60,370 bases of DNA from Methanomassiliicoccaceae archaeon (GTDB taxonomy: Archaea; Thermoplasmatota; Thermoplasmata; Methanomassiliicoccales; UBA472), in the NCBI GenBank assembly GCA_003135935.1, contig PNBI01000101.1, positions 1 to 60,370 on the forward strand, given 5' to 3'. The notes under the pieces are model-generated. The model did no database searches. It was given only the letters and a program-made list of their open reading frames with translations, and was not told the origin of the DNA. The position numbers and the translations under genes were made by a program. Within the stretch, counting starts at the first letter, position 1; each line of letters starts with the position of its first letter. This document shows, piece after piece, positions 36,425 through 45,932 of this stretch.

Positions 36425-36787
36425 ATGCCCAAGTTGGTGATCGAGATCATCCACGGTCCATATGGACGCGAGAACGCTTACGCCGGGCTCTTCATTGCCA
36501 TGGGCTGGGTTGCCGTGGGGAATGAGGTCATCGTGGCATTGCACGGTGATGGAGTCTACGCCGCAAGGAAGGGGCAAAAGGACCCAATGAAGGAGATCAG
36601 CCTGCCTTCTGTCGAGAAGCAGGTGATGGACATTCTCGAGGAGGGCGGAAGGGTGATCGCGGATCGCACGTGCATCGAGGTACGCGGTCTGGACAAGGAG
36701 ATGCTGATCATGGGCGTAGAGGTGCTCGATGGCGATGACCTGGTCGAGTTGGTCTTCAAAGAAGGCGAGCGCGTAATCACACTATGA
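36425..36787 (+). CDS. DsrF/TusC-like sulfur-relay protein
   Basis: The start is the internal ATG (MPKLVIEIIHGPYGRENAY) 1 nt after the upstream TAG. The product is 120 aa with VALHGDGV and CIEVRGL. Confidence 0.75.
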   Translation: MPKLVIEIIHGPYGRENAYAGLFIAMGWVAVGNEVIVALHGDGVYAARKGQKDPMKEISLPSVEKQVMDILEEGGRVIADRTCIEVRGLDKEMLIMGVEVLDGDDLVELVFKEGERVITL

Positions 36788-36796
36788 GGTGATTTC

Positions 36797-37024
36797 CTGA
36801 CTGATGAGAAGCTTGACTGCCTTGGCTTGGTCTGCCCTCGTCCCCTGTTCGAGACGCTCAAACGATTGAAGCGTATGTCCATAGGACAGACCGTCGAGGT
36901 CATCGGAGATTATCCTCCCTCAGTGCCGGAGATCACCGAAATGATGAGCAAGCAAGGACAAGAAGTCATCTCATCGAATCACGAGGGACCAATATGGCAT
37001 ATCCTAATCCGGAAAACGAAGTAG
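36797..37024 (+). CDS. tusA: TusA/SirA-like sulfurtransferase (start codon unresolved)
   Basis: KLDCLGLVCPRPLFETLKRLKRMSIGQTVEVIGDYPP matches the TusA LD..GL.CP.P motif. The track start (TTG 36827) would delete the first strand. An in-frame CTG at 36797 follows GAGGTGA (36786-36792). The reading frame is the same as dsrF, separated only by TGA at 36785-36787. Confidence 0.6.
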   Translation: MTDEKLDCLGLVCPRPLFETLKRLKRMSIGQTVEVIGDYPPSVPEITEMMSKQGQEVISSNHEGPIWHILIRKTK

Positions 37025-37062
37025 ATTGAAGATATCCTGGTTAAATCCTCGACTAAGCCTCT

Positions 37063-37314
37063 TTACTTCTTTTTCTTTTCGAACCAATCCTGTGCCGTCG
37101 TCACCGTCCAGCCCTTTTCCTTGGCGAAAAGGTAGCTCACGACGTGAGTGCCGACCTCGCATTTCTTTGCGTCATAATGCCCCTTCAGACAGCCAACAAT
37201 GGCCTTGACGCCCTTGTCCTCTTCAATGGTGATGGTCCGGATCGAATTCTTGTCATACTTGTCGAGATTCTCGTGGCCGCTCCTGATGAATTCCTTTGTC
37301 TCTTCCCATGGCAT
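37063..37314 (-). CDS. hypothetical small protein
   Basis: 83-aa ORF ending FAKEKGWTVTTAQDWFEKKKK. No family assigned. Confidence 0.5.
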   Translation of the reverse strand: MPWEETKEFIRSGHENLDKYDKNSIRTITIEEDKGVKAIVGCLKGHYDAKKCEVGTHVVSYLFAKEKGWTVTTAQDWFEKKKK

Positions 37315-37561
37315 CTAGATCGCCTTTTTAGCATCCATAGCTGAGGGTATTTCAACCCTTCCCACGCGAGAGCGGTCTATCAAGTCTATTTCGAAGCACT
37401 CAGTATTCAATGTTTGGCGATTCTTGGCACGGTTTCCGTTTTCTCCCTTTCCTAAGGACGGCTTGCTCAATCTAACGAAGAACCAAATAGTAGGCGGTCC
37501 AAACTTGTATCCACAAATGACTGGGGCAGAGAATCTGTGCCTGGTCTTGAGGATGAATAGC

Positions 37562-37714
37562 ATGAAAGGAAAAGTCAGGACCGATATAGACAAGGGAATT
37601 GAGGACGTTCAGAAGGGAGTCAGGAGTGGCATTAAGGAAGTCCAGAAGGGTGCCAGGGACGTTGGACAGGGCATCGACAAGGAAGTCAAGAAAGTACAGA
37701 AAAAACTGAAGTGA
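37562..37714 (+). CDS. small Lys-rich hydrophilic protein (paralog of 25406..25576)
   Basis: The 50-aa product is MKGKVRTDIDKGIEDVQKGVRSGIKEVQKGARDVGQGIDKEVKKVQKKLK. The ATG is preceded by GAGGATGA plus a 5-nt spacer, and the 5' region is similar at the DNA level to that of 25576. Confidence 0.55.
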   Translation: MKGKVRTDIDKGIEDVQKGVRSGIKEVQKGARDVGQGIDKEVKKVQKKLK

Positions 37715-37834
37715 GATCAGGATCTCTTCCTAAGTCCCAGGACGCGAATCCGCAGCGGCATCAATAAAAGCTGCAATTGACAAGCCTTGATTGATCGCTG
37801 CGGAGAAACCCCAAATTTCCAGAATTTGGATCGC

Positions 37835-39307
37835 TCAGGCGATAGGGCCGTAAAGCCTGGATATGTCTTCCTTTAACTTTACCAGCCGTGAACGCTTCTG
37901 GTATTCTTCCTTTGTGAGCTCAATGCACCAATGCTCGATGTCGTATTCATAGGCGGCCTTAACTTTCTTGGCAAGTCCCTTATCATAGACAACAGCATTG
38001 CTCTCGAAGTTCAACCCCAAGCTGCGGTTGTCGAAGTTGGCACTGCCGATCGATGCCACCGCATCATCCATGACAACGACCTTGGCGTGGATGAAGCCAT
38101 TCTTATTGACCTGATGAATGCGGACATTGCTGCGTAGAATATGCCCTGCGCTAAAGAGCGATGCCCAATAAATGAACGGATGATCCGGCTTAGAAGGCAT
38201 CATCACCCTCACATCTACCCCTGACTTCGCCGCAACAACTAAGGCAGCTGTCACAGCTTCGCTCGGGACGAAATATGGCGTCTGGATGTAAATGTAGGAT
38301 TTAGCAGTGGCGATCATCTTCACATATTGTTCTTCGATGTGCCGAGCAGCGGTGTCCGGACCTCCGGAGACGACCTGCAGGCTGACCTTTCCGCTACCTT
38401 GTCGGGTCGGAGCATAGTCCTCCACCTTGAGGCTGTCTTTGGCGGCGAAGTTCCAATCTATCACTATGCGCTCTTCAACGCTGATGGCACCGCTGCCCCG
38501 GATGCGCAGCATATCATCGCGCCAATGGCCGAGAGGTCCTTCTCCTCGATACTCGACCCCGATGTTACAGCCGCCGATGAAAGCCGTGTCCCCATCCACG
38601 ACGAAGAGCTTGCGATGGTTGCGATTGTTGATGCCAAAATTCAATTTAGGGATGAGCGAAGGGAAGAAGAAGGCAGTCTTGCCTCCTGCGTCGGTCAGCT
38701 CCTTGAAGAATCCCCTGGGAAGCTTATGGCATCCCGAGGCGTCCATGACCAGCTTGACCTCGACGCCTTCTCTGGCCTTCTGCGCCAGCGCTTGCCTGAA
38801 CTCCTTGGCAATCGCGTCATTACGGATCATGTAATACTCCATATGGATGAAGCGCTTGGCACCCTTGATCTCCTCGAGCATGGCTTTGAAAATTTGGTCA
38901 CCCTCGTTGTAATATTCGACCTCGTTGTCGCTTGTGAGGTAGGAATGCCCTGAGTCGAATAGCATACGAGCCAACGACTCGTTTTGTCCTAAGCCAGGCT
39001 TGGAATAGTCAGATTCGAAAAGGGTCCCTTTCGTCTTGAACAATGCTCTGCCAACCTCTCGGTCCATCTCGGCCTTGTTGCCAAACATCTTCTTTCTCTT
39101 ATAGTCCCGTCCCAGGAAGATGTAGAATAGAAGAACGAATGCCAGTGGGAAGGCAAGGCAGGCTATTACCCATACCAGAACGGCCTCGGGCGGCTTCTTC
39201 TGGATGAAGACTATGGTCAGAACAACATCGATGGTGAACAGGTAAAGGATGACAGTAATGTATAATCCAAAAGTGGACCAAAATAGGTCGATCAATCCCA
39301 AGGCCAT
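37835..39307 (-). CDS. cls: cardiolipin synthase (phospholipase D superfamily, two HKD motifs)
   Basis: 490 aa with two N-terminal TM helices and the HKD motifs NHRKLFVVDG and HAKVVVMDD. Confidence 0.9.
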   Translation of the reverse strand: MALGLIDLFWSTFGLYITVILYLFTIDVVLTIVFIQKKPPEAVLVWVIACLAFPLAFVLLFYIFLGRDYKRKKMFGNKAEMDREVGRALFKTKGTLFESDYSKPGLGQNESLARMLFDSGHSYLTSDNEVEYYNEGDQIFKAMLEEIKGAKRFIHMEYYMIRNDAIAKEFRQALAQKAREGVEVKLVMDASGCHKLPRGFFKELTDAGGKTAFFFPSLIPKLNFGINNRNHRKLFVVDGDTAFIGGCNIGVEYRGEGPLGHWRDDMLRIRGSGAISVEERIVIDWNFAAKDSLKVEDYAPTRQGSGKVSLQVVSGGPDTAARHIEEQYVKMIATAKSYIYIQTPYFVPSEAVTAALVVAAKSGVDVRVMMPSKPDHPFIYWASLFSAGHILRSNVRIHQVNKNGFIHAKVVVMDDAVASIGSANFDNRSLGLNFESNAVVYDKGLAKKVKAAYEYDIEHWCIELTKEEYQKRSRLVKLKEDISRLYGPIA

Positions 39308-39425
39308 TGGTACTAGAACGTGAGCGCGCCATTATATTATGTTTTCCGGGTAGGAAAGCCCGGCTTGGATCAGAGTCGAAAAAGGTCTAGATGTTTCTAG
39401 TGGTTGCGTATCCACTCTGGTAATC

Positions 39426-39569
39426 CTAGCTTATCTTCAGGATCCCCATCAGGAGCAAGACAACCACTGCTAATATTACCGCACCGAGCAGACCAAACAA
39501 CAGCCATCCAATGACGAATGCTACGACTGAACCAAGTCCGATGGCTCCCCAATTCATTGTTATAGCCAT
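39426..39569 (-). CDS. 47-aa hydrophobic membrane peptide (below the ORF-track size cut-off)
   Basis: My own translation gives MAITMNWGAIGLGSVVAFVIGWLLFGLLGAVILAVVVLLLMGILKIS. The ATG is preceded by GGTGAG plus a 5-nt spacer. Coordinates were read by eye and may be off by 1-2 nt. Confidence 0.45.
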   Translation of the reverse strand: MAITMNWGAIGLGSVVAFVIGWLLFGLLGAVILAVVVLLLMGILKIS

Positions 39570-39710
39570 TTTAACTCACCGTTTTTTCAACGGAGCGTGC
39601 CATTTATAAACTTATTGTCTTGCTCGCGCTCCAGCCAGTCCCCCGACACTCCCGCGCCATCTTTTTTCAAACCGTCAAGGTTAATAATCGTCCGCTGCGT
39701 GCTATTTGGC

Positions 39711-40130
39711 ATGGCTAATTCAAGTGTAAAAGGAAAAGGAATGAAGGAGGACCCATGGATATTGAAAACTCCCTCTGGCGAATCGGAATTCATTGCATAC
39801 CGGGATGAGACCTCAAGCCCACCCGCCATTGTGGTCGTCGTTGGCAAAACCGAGCTTAGATACCACATTCATTGCATCGAGGATCTTCAGGCGATGCTCA
39901 AAACGCACGGAGACTGGATGTTCTTGGGAAATGCAGATGAGCAAAAGCCGGTCAAAGAGGGAACGGTCGAAGCTTGGGCTCGGTCGCCGAAAAATCCGGT
40001 CGGAGGATGGTATGGGCTAAAGAAAGGACTGCGGGGCCGTTTTGCCACTTATATCCCGCCAATATTGGAAATGCTTGGCCTGGCTGAAGTTGAGCACAAC
40101 CCAAGAAACAACCGAATGCGAGCGCTGTAG
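39711..40130 (+). CDS. conserved hypothetical protein
   Basis: Internal ATG (MANSSVKG) of track ORF 39597..40130. The motifs WILKTPSGESEF, RYHIHCIEDLQAMLK, NPVGGWYGLKKGLRGRF and HNPRNNRMRA look like a family I have seen widely as uncharacterised bacterial proteins. Confidence 0.6.
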   Translation: MANSSVKGKGMKEDPWILKTPSGESEFIAYRDETSSPPAIVVVVGKTELRYHIHCIEDLQAMLKTHGDWMFLGNADEQKPVKEGTVEAWARSPKNPVGGWYGLKKGLRGRFATYIPPILEMLGLAEVEHNPRNNRMRAL

Positions 40131-40179
40131 TGGAATAATGGAAACGATGAAAGAAAGGTAAGGGGTTTGGTGAGGGTTT

Positions 40180-40587
40180 CTATTTCCACTCAAAGCCAAC
40201 ATCGGAGAATTCCATCATGTCCCCAGTGATGTCCTTCACTACCGTGACCATGTTCATCCACTTCAGCTTCTCCGACATGGTCATGAAGCTCAGCAGCATT
40301 ACTCCCTTGACATTGGGCCCGGTGCGGACTGACTGACCCTTCCCATGCCAAGTCACCATTTCCCCGTCGGCGGTCATCAGGATGCCTTGCCACTTCCCAT
40401 GGGCCTTCCCGCTTGGTTTTACCCAGATGGTTCCAGACCCCATGTTCTTGCCGCTTGGGAACTTCCCCATGCCCTTCAGGTCAGCCTCGAATGACTGTTT
40501 CATGACCACTCCGTCGTTGTCGATGGATTCTATGTAGGTCATGGTCATCTTGCCTTTCTCTTCGAACCACTTGTCTCCTAATGGCAT
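40180..40587 (-). CDS. hypothetical protein (beta-rich)
   Basis: 135-aa ORF. No family recognised. Confidence 0.5.
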   Translation of the reverse strand: MPLGDKWFEEKGKMTMTYIESIDNDGVVMKQSFEADLKGMGKFPSGKNMGSGTIWVKPSGKAHGKWQGILMTADGEMVTWHGKGQSVRTGPNVKGVMLLSFMTMSEKLKWMNMVTVVKDITGDMMEFSDVGFEWK

Positions 40588-40810
40588 TTAAACACCTAGG
40601 TCTCGCCCGGCATCAAGCTATACATTAGGGTTACTCGTCGAATTGGCGGGATGCCGCGTCTAAGGCCGCTAGGTTTTCACTTGCCCTGTTATTGAGACAT
40701 AGACAAAATCGATTTAGCGATTCCAGGACTCTCATTCGACAGCTATCATTCGAAACATACGTTTTAATCCCCGTTCTTGTGTCCTATAAGCCTAACTCGG
40801 CTGCCGAGTT

Positions 40811-42058
40811 ATGTTTCGCAATCGAGGTGTGAGTAGAATGGCGAAGACAGTCGAACAATCCGATAATCCCTCGCGTGGACCAGAATCACCCGTGGTAGCG
40901 CTTGTCAGATGCGGGGAATATGGAAGGGCGACCGTCTTCTCCGCCGCGTCCCGCGCGGTCGAGCTGCTAGGTGGCATCGGAGCCTTTGTCAAGCCGGGAA
41001 TGCGCGTTCTAGTGAAGCCGAATATCCTGCAGGCGTCGGCGCCCGAGAAGGTGATATGCACCCATCCAGATGTCATCTACGCTGTTTGCAGGATTCTGAA
41101 GGAGCATGGCTGCAAGGTCATACTGGCCGAGAGCCCAGGAGCTGGCGCGATCTATGGCTCTGCTCAGCTCAAGAAGGCCTATGAGAAGACCGGTTACGCA
41201 CAAGTCGCCGACGAGCTCGGCATCGAGCTGAACTACGACGTCACATATGAGGAAGTGCCAAACCCTGATGGCAGGTTGATAAAGAGGTTCGCGATCATCA
41301 AGCCGGCCATGGAGGCCGACGCCATCGTTGTGGTCTCGAAGCTGAAGACGCATCTTTTGACCGAAATAACTGCCGCTACCAAGAACCTGTTTGGTCTGAT
41401 CCCGGGGTATGAAAAGGCAAGCTTCCATGGTCGATTGCCAGACCCGATGGACTTCTCCCGAATGCTTGTCGATCTGAACGAGCTGATACGTCCGACCCTC
41501 CAGGTCATGGACGCAGTGATCGGGATGGAAGGGGATGGTCCTAATTCCGGTGAGCCGAGGAAGATCGGCGCGATCCTGGCTTCGAATTCTTATGCTAGCA
41601 TTGATGTTGTCGCCGCTCGAGTGATTGGCATCCCACCGATGGACATACCAACGGTCAGAGCGGCAATGGAACGTGGGATTTTGAACAAAGATTTCGAGGG
41701 CATCGAGATAAGGGGCGAAAGCCCCGAGAGCTTCGAAATCAAGGATTTCAAACTCCCCTCGACCTATGCCGCTGGGGGGAAGAAGAAATCAGGATTCTTC
41801 GTGCAGAATATGATGAAGATGATGCGAGCATACGCCCTGCGACCAGTGGTAGTAGCGGAGCGATGTTCGGCATGCGGACAGTGTGTGCGTGCCTGCCCCG
41901 TCCAATCGGTGCAAATGCATCGAGGAAAGGCCAAGGTGGATCACAGCAAATGTATCAGATGCTACACCTGCCATGAGATGTGCGCATCTCAAGCGATCGT
42001 CCTCAAAAGAAGTCTTGCAGGCAACGTTGTGGCGAAATTTGTCGAGCGAAAGGGCTAG
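40811..42058 (+). CDS. DUF362 domain protein with C-terminal 2x[4Fe-4S] ferredoxin domain
   Basis: 415 aa with VLVKPNIL (DUF362-like), and CSACGQCVRACP and CIRCYTCHEMC. The start may be the internal MAKTVEQ. Confidence 0.8.
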   Translation: MFRNRGVSRMAKTVEQSDNPSRGPESPVVALVRCGEYGRATVFSAASRAVELLGGIGAFVKPGMRVLVKPNILQASAPEKVICTHPDVIYAVCRILKEHGCKVILAESPGAGAIYGSAQLKKAYEKTGYAQVADELGIELNYDVTYEEVPNPDGRLIKRFAIIKPAMEADAIVVVSKLKTHLLTEITAATKNLFGLIPGYEKASFHGRLPDPMDFSRMLVDLNELIRPTLQVMDAVIGMEGDGPNSGEPRKIGAILASNSYASIDVVAARVIGIPPMDIPTVRAAMERGILNKDFEGIEIRGESPESFEIKDFKLPSTYAAGGKKKSGFFVQNMMKMMRAYALRPVVVAERCSACGQCVRACPVQSVQMHRGKAKVDHSKCIRCYTCHEMCASQAIVLKRSLAGNVVAKFVERKG

Positions 42059-42261
42059 GTTCTTCCACCGAAGCCAGGATGAAATGGGATCTCGATTTAT
42101 GCGTCAGCAGAGGACGAGCCGGCCATTGATCAATATTACCTGCTAGAGATCGATGACTTGGCAATGAGTGCCAAAGTCAAGACAATGGCAATAAACACTG
42201 ACAAGCATTAAACGCGGTCTCGCGAACGATTAAATAACCCAGGTTCCCAGAGTATGTTCGG

Positions 42262-42711
42262 GTGACAGAAATTGGCGTAAAGGAAAATCTCGAATTAATG
42301 AGAACACTGGACAATGCATGGAATGCAGGGCCTGGAAGTCCTCTCTGGGAAACGTTCAGGAAGCGCCACCGGGAAGACGTTGCGGTCTATTGGCCCAATC
42401 AGCCTGAGCCGACAAGAGGGCGACACAACCATGACGTTGAAGCCACTGAGTTTTTTAAGAGCTTCGATAACAAGCTCATAAACAACCCGTATAAGCTGGC
42501 CTTCGGTCAAGACGACCATACGTGCACTGTTGCCGATTGGACTGTGACCCTGAAGGTGCCGATGAAAGGTGCGGGCGGAAAGATGGTCCAGCCGGGAAAG
42601 ACTGCGAAGTTGGAGTTCTGCACGGTCGCCACTTGGAAAGATAACGAAATCGTCGAGGAAAGGCTGTTCTACGATGTTGTCGGAATGATGAAGCAGCTTG
42701 GCTTGATGTGA
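42262..42711 (+). CDS. SnoaL-like / NTF2-fold (ester cyclase-like) protein
   Basis: 149 aa with ENLELMRTLDNAWNAG.. and a C-terminal EERLFYDVVGMMKQLG pattern. Confidence 0.6.
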   Translation: MTEIGVKENLELMRTLDNAWNAGPGSPLWETFRKRHREDVAVYWPNQPEPTRGRHNHDVEATEFFKSFDNKLINNPYKLAFGQDDHTCTVADWTVTLKVPMKGAGGKMVQPGKTAKLEFCTVATWKDNEIVEERLFYDVVGMMKQLGLM

Positions 42712-42742
42712 AGAGCAATCCAATTGTCTGGGTGATAGGAAA

Positions 42743-43435
42743 ATGATCGAGAAGAAGGCGAAAAGGATCGAGATCATCAGCAACGGTCCTTATGTGGTAA
42801 CTGGAAACGTCCCGTTGGCCAAGGAAATCTCCGTACGAGACAAGAAGGGCGTCCCAGTGGAATGGGAGATACTGGAAAGATATCCTGACCAGGAAGATTA
42901 CGACCTATGCCGCTGCGGCGCCTCGAAGAACAAGCCTTTCTGCGACGGCTCGCACCACGCCGTTGATTTCGAAGGCAGAGAGACCGCTTCGCGTGCTCCT
43001 TTCTCTCAGGTCGCTGAGAGATATGAAGGCGCGGAATTCGACCTGCTGGACGATGAAGAGCTTTGCGCAGGTGCCCAATTCTGCCATAGAGGCGAAGGGA
43101 TATGGGAGTTGGTGGACGCGCCCAACGATTCGAATGCAAGACTAATGGCCGCTGAGATCGTAGGCAATTGCCCCACCGGGCGGCTGGTGGTGTGCGAGAA
43201 AGGCACTGGAAAGCCGATCGAGCCTCATTTCGAGAAGAGTATCACCGTCCTTGAGGACCCTGGGCGAAAGTGCAGTGGCCCTTTATGGGTGAAGGGCGGG
43301 ATCCCGATACAATCGTCTGATGGGTCGGAGTATGAGGTGAGGAATCGGGCAACCCTTTGCCGCTGCGGGAAGTCGAGCAACAAGCCGTTCTGCGATGGGA
43401 CCCATATCAGCATCCGCTTCAAGGATGACGAATGA
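42743..43435 (+). CDS. CDGSH iron-sulfur domain protein (two CDGSH motifs)
   Basis: The motifs are CRCGASKNKPFCDGSH and CRCGKSSNKPFCDGTH. Confidence 0.85.
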   Translation: MIEKKAKRIEIISNGPYVVTGNVPLAKEISVRDKKGVPVEWEILERYPDQEDYDLCRCGASKNKPFCDGSHHAVDFEGRETASRAPFSQVAERYEGAEFDLLDDEELCAGAQFCHRGEGIWELVDAPNDSNARLMAAEIVGNCPTGRLVVCEKGTGKPIEPHFEKSITVLEDPGRKCSGPLWVKGGIPIQSSDGSEYEVRNRATLCRCGKSSNKPFCDGTHISIRFKDDE

Positions 43436-43474
43436 TCCTCATCGGAATTGGCCGCGGTCGATCTGCCAATCGGC

Positions 43475-44221
43475 CTACAAACCCCTAAGGCTTCTTCTTC
43501 TAAGCACAAACACGGCGAGGGCCAGGAAGGCCAGGGCAAACGCCAACATAACCAGGAGGTCGGTCCACCAAGGGAATACTGATACCTGCCCGGTGCTCAT
43601 ATTCAGTGCGTCGACGAGATAGGTGAGGGGCGAGCAATAGGTAACGTAAACACCAACTCCGGTCATCTGGCTCACCGGGATGAATATGCCGGAGACGAAA
43701 ATCAATGGGAAACGCACCAATGCCGCCAGCATCATGATATTTGCTGGCGTTTTTGCTCCAGGTGAGGAGAGCAGGACCCCAAGTGAAGAGAAGCAGATAT
43801 TGCCAAGAACGAAAGCGATGAAGATCATGAAAACATCGGTGATTGCTATCGGGATCAGGAAGATGCCCGCAACGCCCACGATGGTGCTTATCATCAGCCC
43901 GAATAGCGCCCCGGCGATCATGTCTCCCAGGACGATGGTGCCAATGCTCACCGGATAGGAAAGCAGGCGCTCGAACGTGCCTTGCTGCTTCTCCCAAGGA
44001 ACGATCAGCGGTCCGACCGAAGAGGAGGTGAAGAACAGCGACATTGCTAAGAACCCGGGGAAGTACTTATGGATGTCCAGTTCCCTGCCAACGAAGAACG
44101 CGAAGAACAAGAAAGTGGGCAGGATCAGGCCGAAGATGAACACCGGTGCCTTGCGATAATAGATGCGGATGTCCTTCCTCGCGACGACGGTCACGGCGCG
44201 GAAGTACATGTTCCAGTCCAT
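43475..44221 (-). CDS. ABC-2 type transporter permease
   Basis: Hydrophobic protein with about 6 TM helices. The start MDWNMYF overlaps the upstream stop as TGATG. The track ORF extends to 44236. Confidence 0.8.
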   Translation of the reverse strand: MDWNMYFRAVTVVARKDIRIYYRKAPVFIFGLILPTFLFFAFFVGRELDIHKYFPGFLAMSLFFTSSSVGPLIVPWEKQQGTFERLLSYPVSIGTIVLGDMIAGALFGLMISTIVGVAGIFLIPIAITDVFMIFIAFVLGNICFSSLGVLLSSPGAKTPANIMMLAALVRFPLIFVSGIFIPVSQMTGVGVYVTYCSPLTYLVDALNMSTGQVSVFPWWTDLLVMLAFALAFLALAVFVLRRRSLRGL

Positions 44222-45138
44222 CAAGGCACCTCGCACAGCTTGACAAAAACATCCTCGAGCGTGGGCCCGGTGGTGCTGATGGAGGCTATCTTCAGGTCCA
44301 TCTTTTCATTGATCGTGACGATATCCCGGATCGCCTTGTCCGGATCTTCGGTATAGAATTGCCACTTGTCCCCGCACTGCACCACTCGCGTGATGTGCTC
44401 CGAACGGAACCAGGCAGCTTCGATCTTCTTGTTGAAGCCCACCTCGACGATCTGCATCTTCTCTGCCGTCCTGCGCAACCTCTCCGGCGAATCGATGGCG
44501 ACGATCTCGCCCTTATTGATGATGCACACTCGTTGGCAGAGCTTGTTCGCCTCCTCGATGTTGTGCGTCGTGAGGATGACAGTCGAGCCTTTCTGGTTCA
44601 TCTCCTTGACCTTATCGATGATCAAACGGCGGCTCATGACGTCCAGGCCCTCGGTCGGCTCGTCCAGGATGAGGATCGGCGGTTCGTTCACTAGGGCGCA
44701 GGCGATGCTGATGCGCTGCCTCATACCCTTGGAGAACTTGCGGGCGAAATCGTCGCCCCGATCCATCAAGCCAAGGTCGGCCAGCAGTTTCTCAGCCCTT
44801 TCCTGTCTGAGCGCTTTCGGCAGGCCGTAGAATCGACCGACGAGGTCGATGTTCTCCCTTGCGCTGAGATCAGGGTAGATGTTGCCAACCTCGGGGATCG
44901 CCCCGATCTTGGATTTAGCTTCGAAATAGTTCTTGCTAAGGTCGACGCCCTCGATATGGATGCTGCCCGCGTCAGGCTTGAGGACGCCGATGATCATTCT
45001 GATGGTAGTGGTCTTCCCTGCGCCGTTAGGACCTAGGAGGCCGAAGAATTCTCCCCGGTTGACGGTGAACGAGATATCCTTCACTGCCTTGACCTCGCCG
45101 AAATGCTTGCTAAGCGAACGAACCTCGAGCGCAGGCAT
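44221..45138 (-). CDS. ABC transporter ATP-binding protein
   Basis: The motifs are GPNGAGKTT, FSKGMRQRI and ILDEPTEGLD. The start is uncertain: 45138, 45150 or 45159. Confidence 0.9.
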   Translation of the reverse strand: MPALEVRSLSKHFGEVKAVKDISFTVNRGEFFGLLGPNGAGKTTTIRMIIGVLKPDAGSIHIEGVDLSKNYFEAKSKIGAIPEVGNIYPDLSARENIDLVGRFYGLPKALRQERAEKLLADLGLMDRGDDFARKFSKGMRQRISIACALVNEPPILILDEPTEGLDVMSRRLIIDKVKEMNQKGSTVILTTHNIEEANKLCQRVCIINKGEIVAIDSPERLRRTAEKMQIVEVGFNKKIEAAWFRSEHITRVVQCGDKWQFYTEDPDKAIRDIVTINEKMDLKIASISTTGPTLEDVFVKLCEVP

Positions 45139-45365
45139 CTTTCCCCGCATCAGCGCCAACTCACTTAATACGTTCTTAGAAGAGGTTCGGTCTTCGCGGA
45201 GGTTTCAGATTAACTGGATACTACACTGCAGTCTTAGCGATTGTAAATGATTTCTTGGATTCTCAGCAATGAATCGATATGGATGTCAGCTCTTTTTGCG
45301 AATGAAAGAAATTAGGGCGATTTTGAAACGGTGCGAGGGAACGAGAAAGAAGAAGTCCTTGTCGG

Positions 45366-45932
45366 TCAATTCGCAGCGATGGCTAATGGATTTCCTCTGG
45401 TTGCCAAATAGTACAGAACGACCAGAGGATGCAAAGTTGGCTGCAATATATCTGCCTGATAGAAGTCCTCTGATCCGGTCGGGTATACCTTCACAAAAGC
45501 CCTTCCATCTATTCCAGGTATTTCGTAGGAGGGAAGGAGTCGCTGAGTATCGGTAGGCTCTGCAATAGCCACCACTTGATTATAGGCATTCATCAGAGAC
45601 CATTGTGCTGGCTTCCCCTTAACGATCCAGCCTCCCTTCTCCCTATGCCTGGTTTTAATTATCGAACCGATATACTGGCCGCTGGAATCGAAGACGTTTA
45701 GATCATCTGGATGGAGCGCTCCCGTGTGCGCCGGTTTTGCTTCCATCATTGTTACTCCCGTGTCATCTATTATTGTCGCCCCTTTGACATGGAAGATGGT
45801 TTTGCCGGTTGCATCCTGCACTTTTCCTGAAAACTCCTTCCTTTTCTTCCAGTGAAATCTTTCGAGCACATAGGTTACCAAGACATCGGATGGATTAGAC
45901 CCAGCCTCATCGACCACCATTCTTTCCTGCAA
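45366..45932 (-). CDS. hypothetical protein
   Basis: 188-aa ORF, beta-rich. Any resemblance to LURP-one/tubby-like folds is only an impression. Confidence 0.45.
   Translation of the reverse strand: MQERMVVDEAGSNPSDVLVTYVLERFHWKKRKEFSGKVQDATGKTIFHVKGATIIDDTGVTMMEAKPAHTGALHPDDLNVFDSSGQYIGSIIKTRHREKGGWIVKGKPAQWSLMNAYNQVVAIAEPTDTQRLLPSYEIPGIDGRAFVKVYPTGSEDFYQADILQPTLHPLVVLYYLATRGNPLAIAAN

Noticed and set aside
36785-36787. The TGA between dsrF and tusA could be a selenocysteine codon or a sign of genetic-code reassignment.
   Set aside because: I could identify no SECIS-like element. TGA terminates other well-supported genes in the window, for example 3692..7372 and 31227... A Sec in an inter-domain linker would have no catalytic rationale. 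The option is kept only as a low-probability read-through in the finding.
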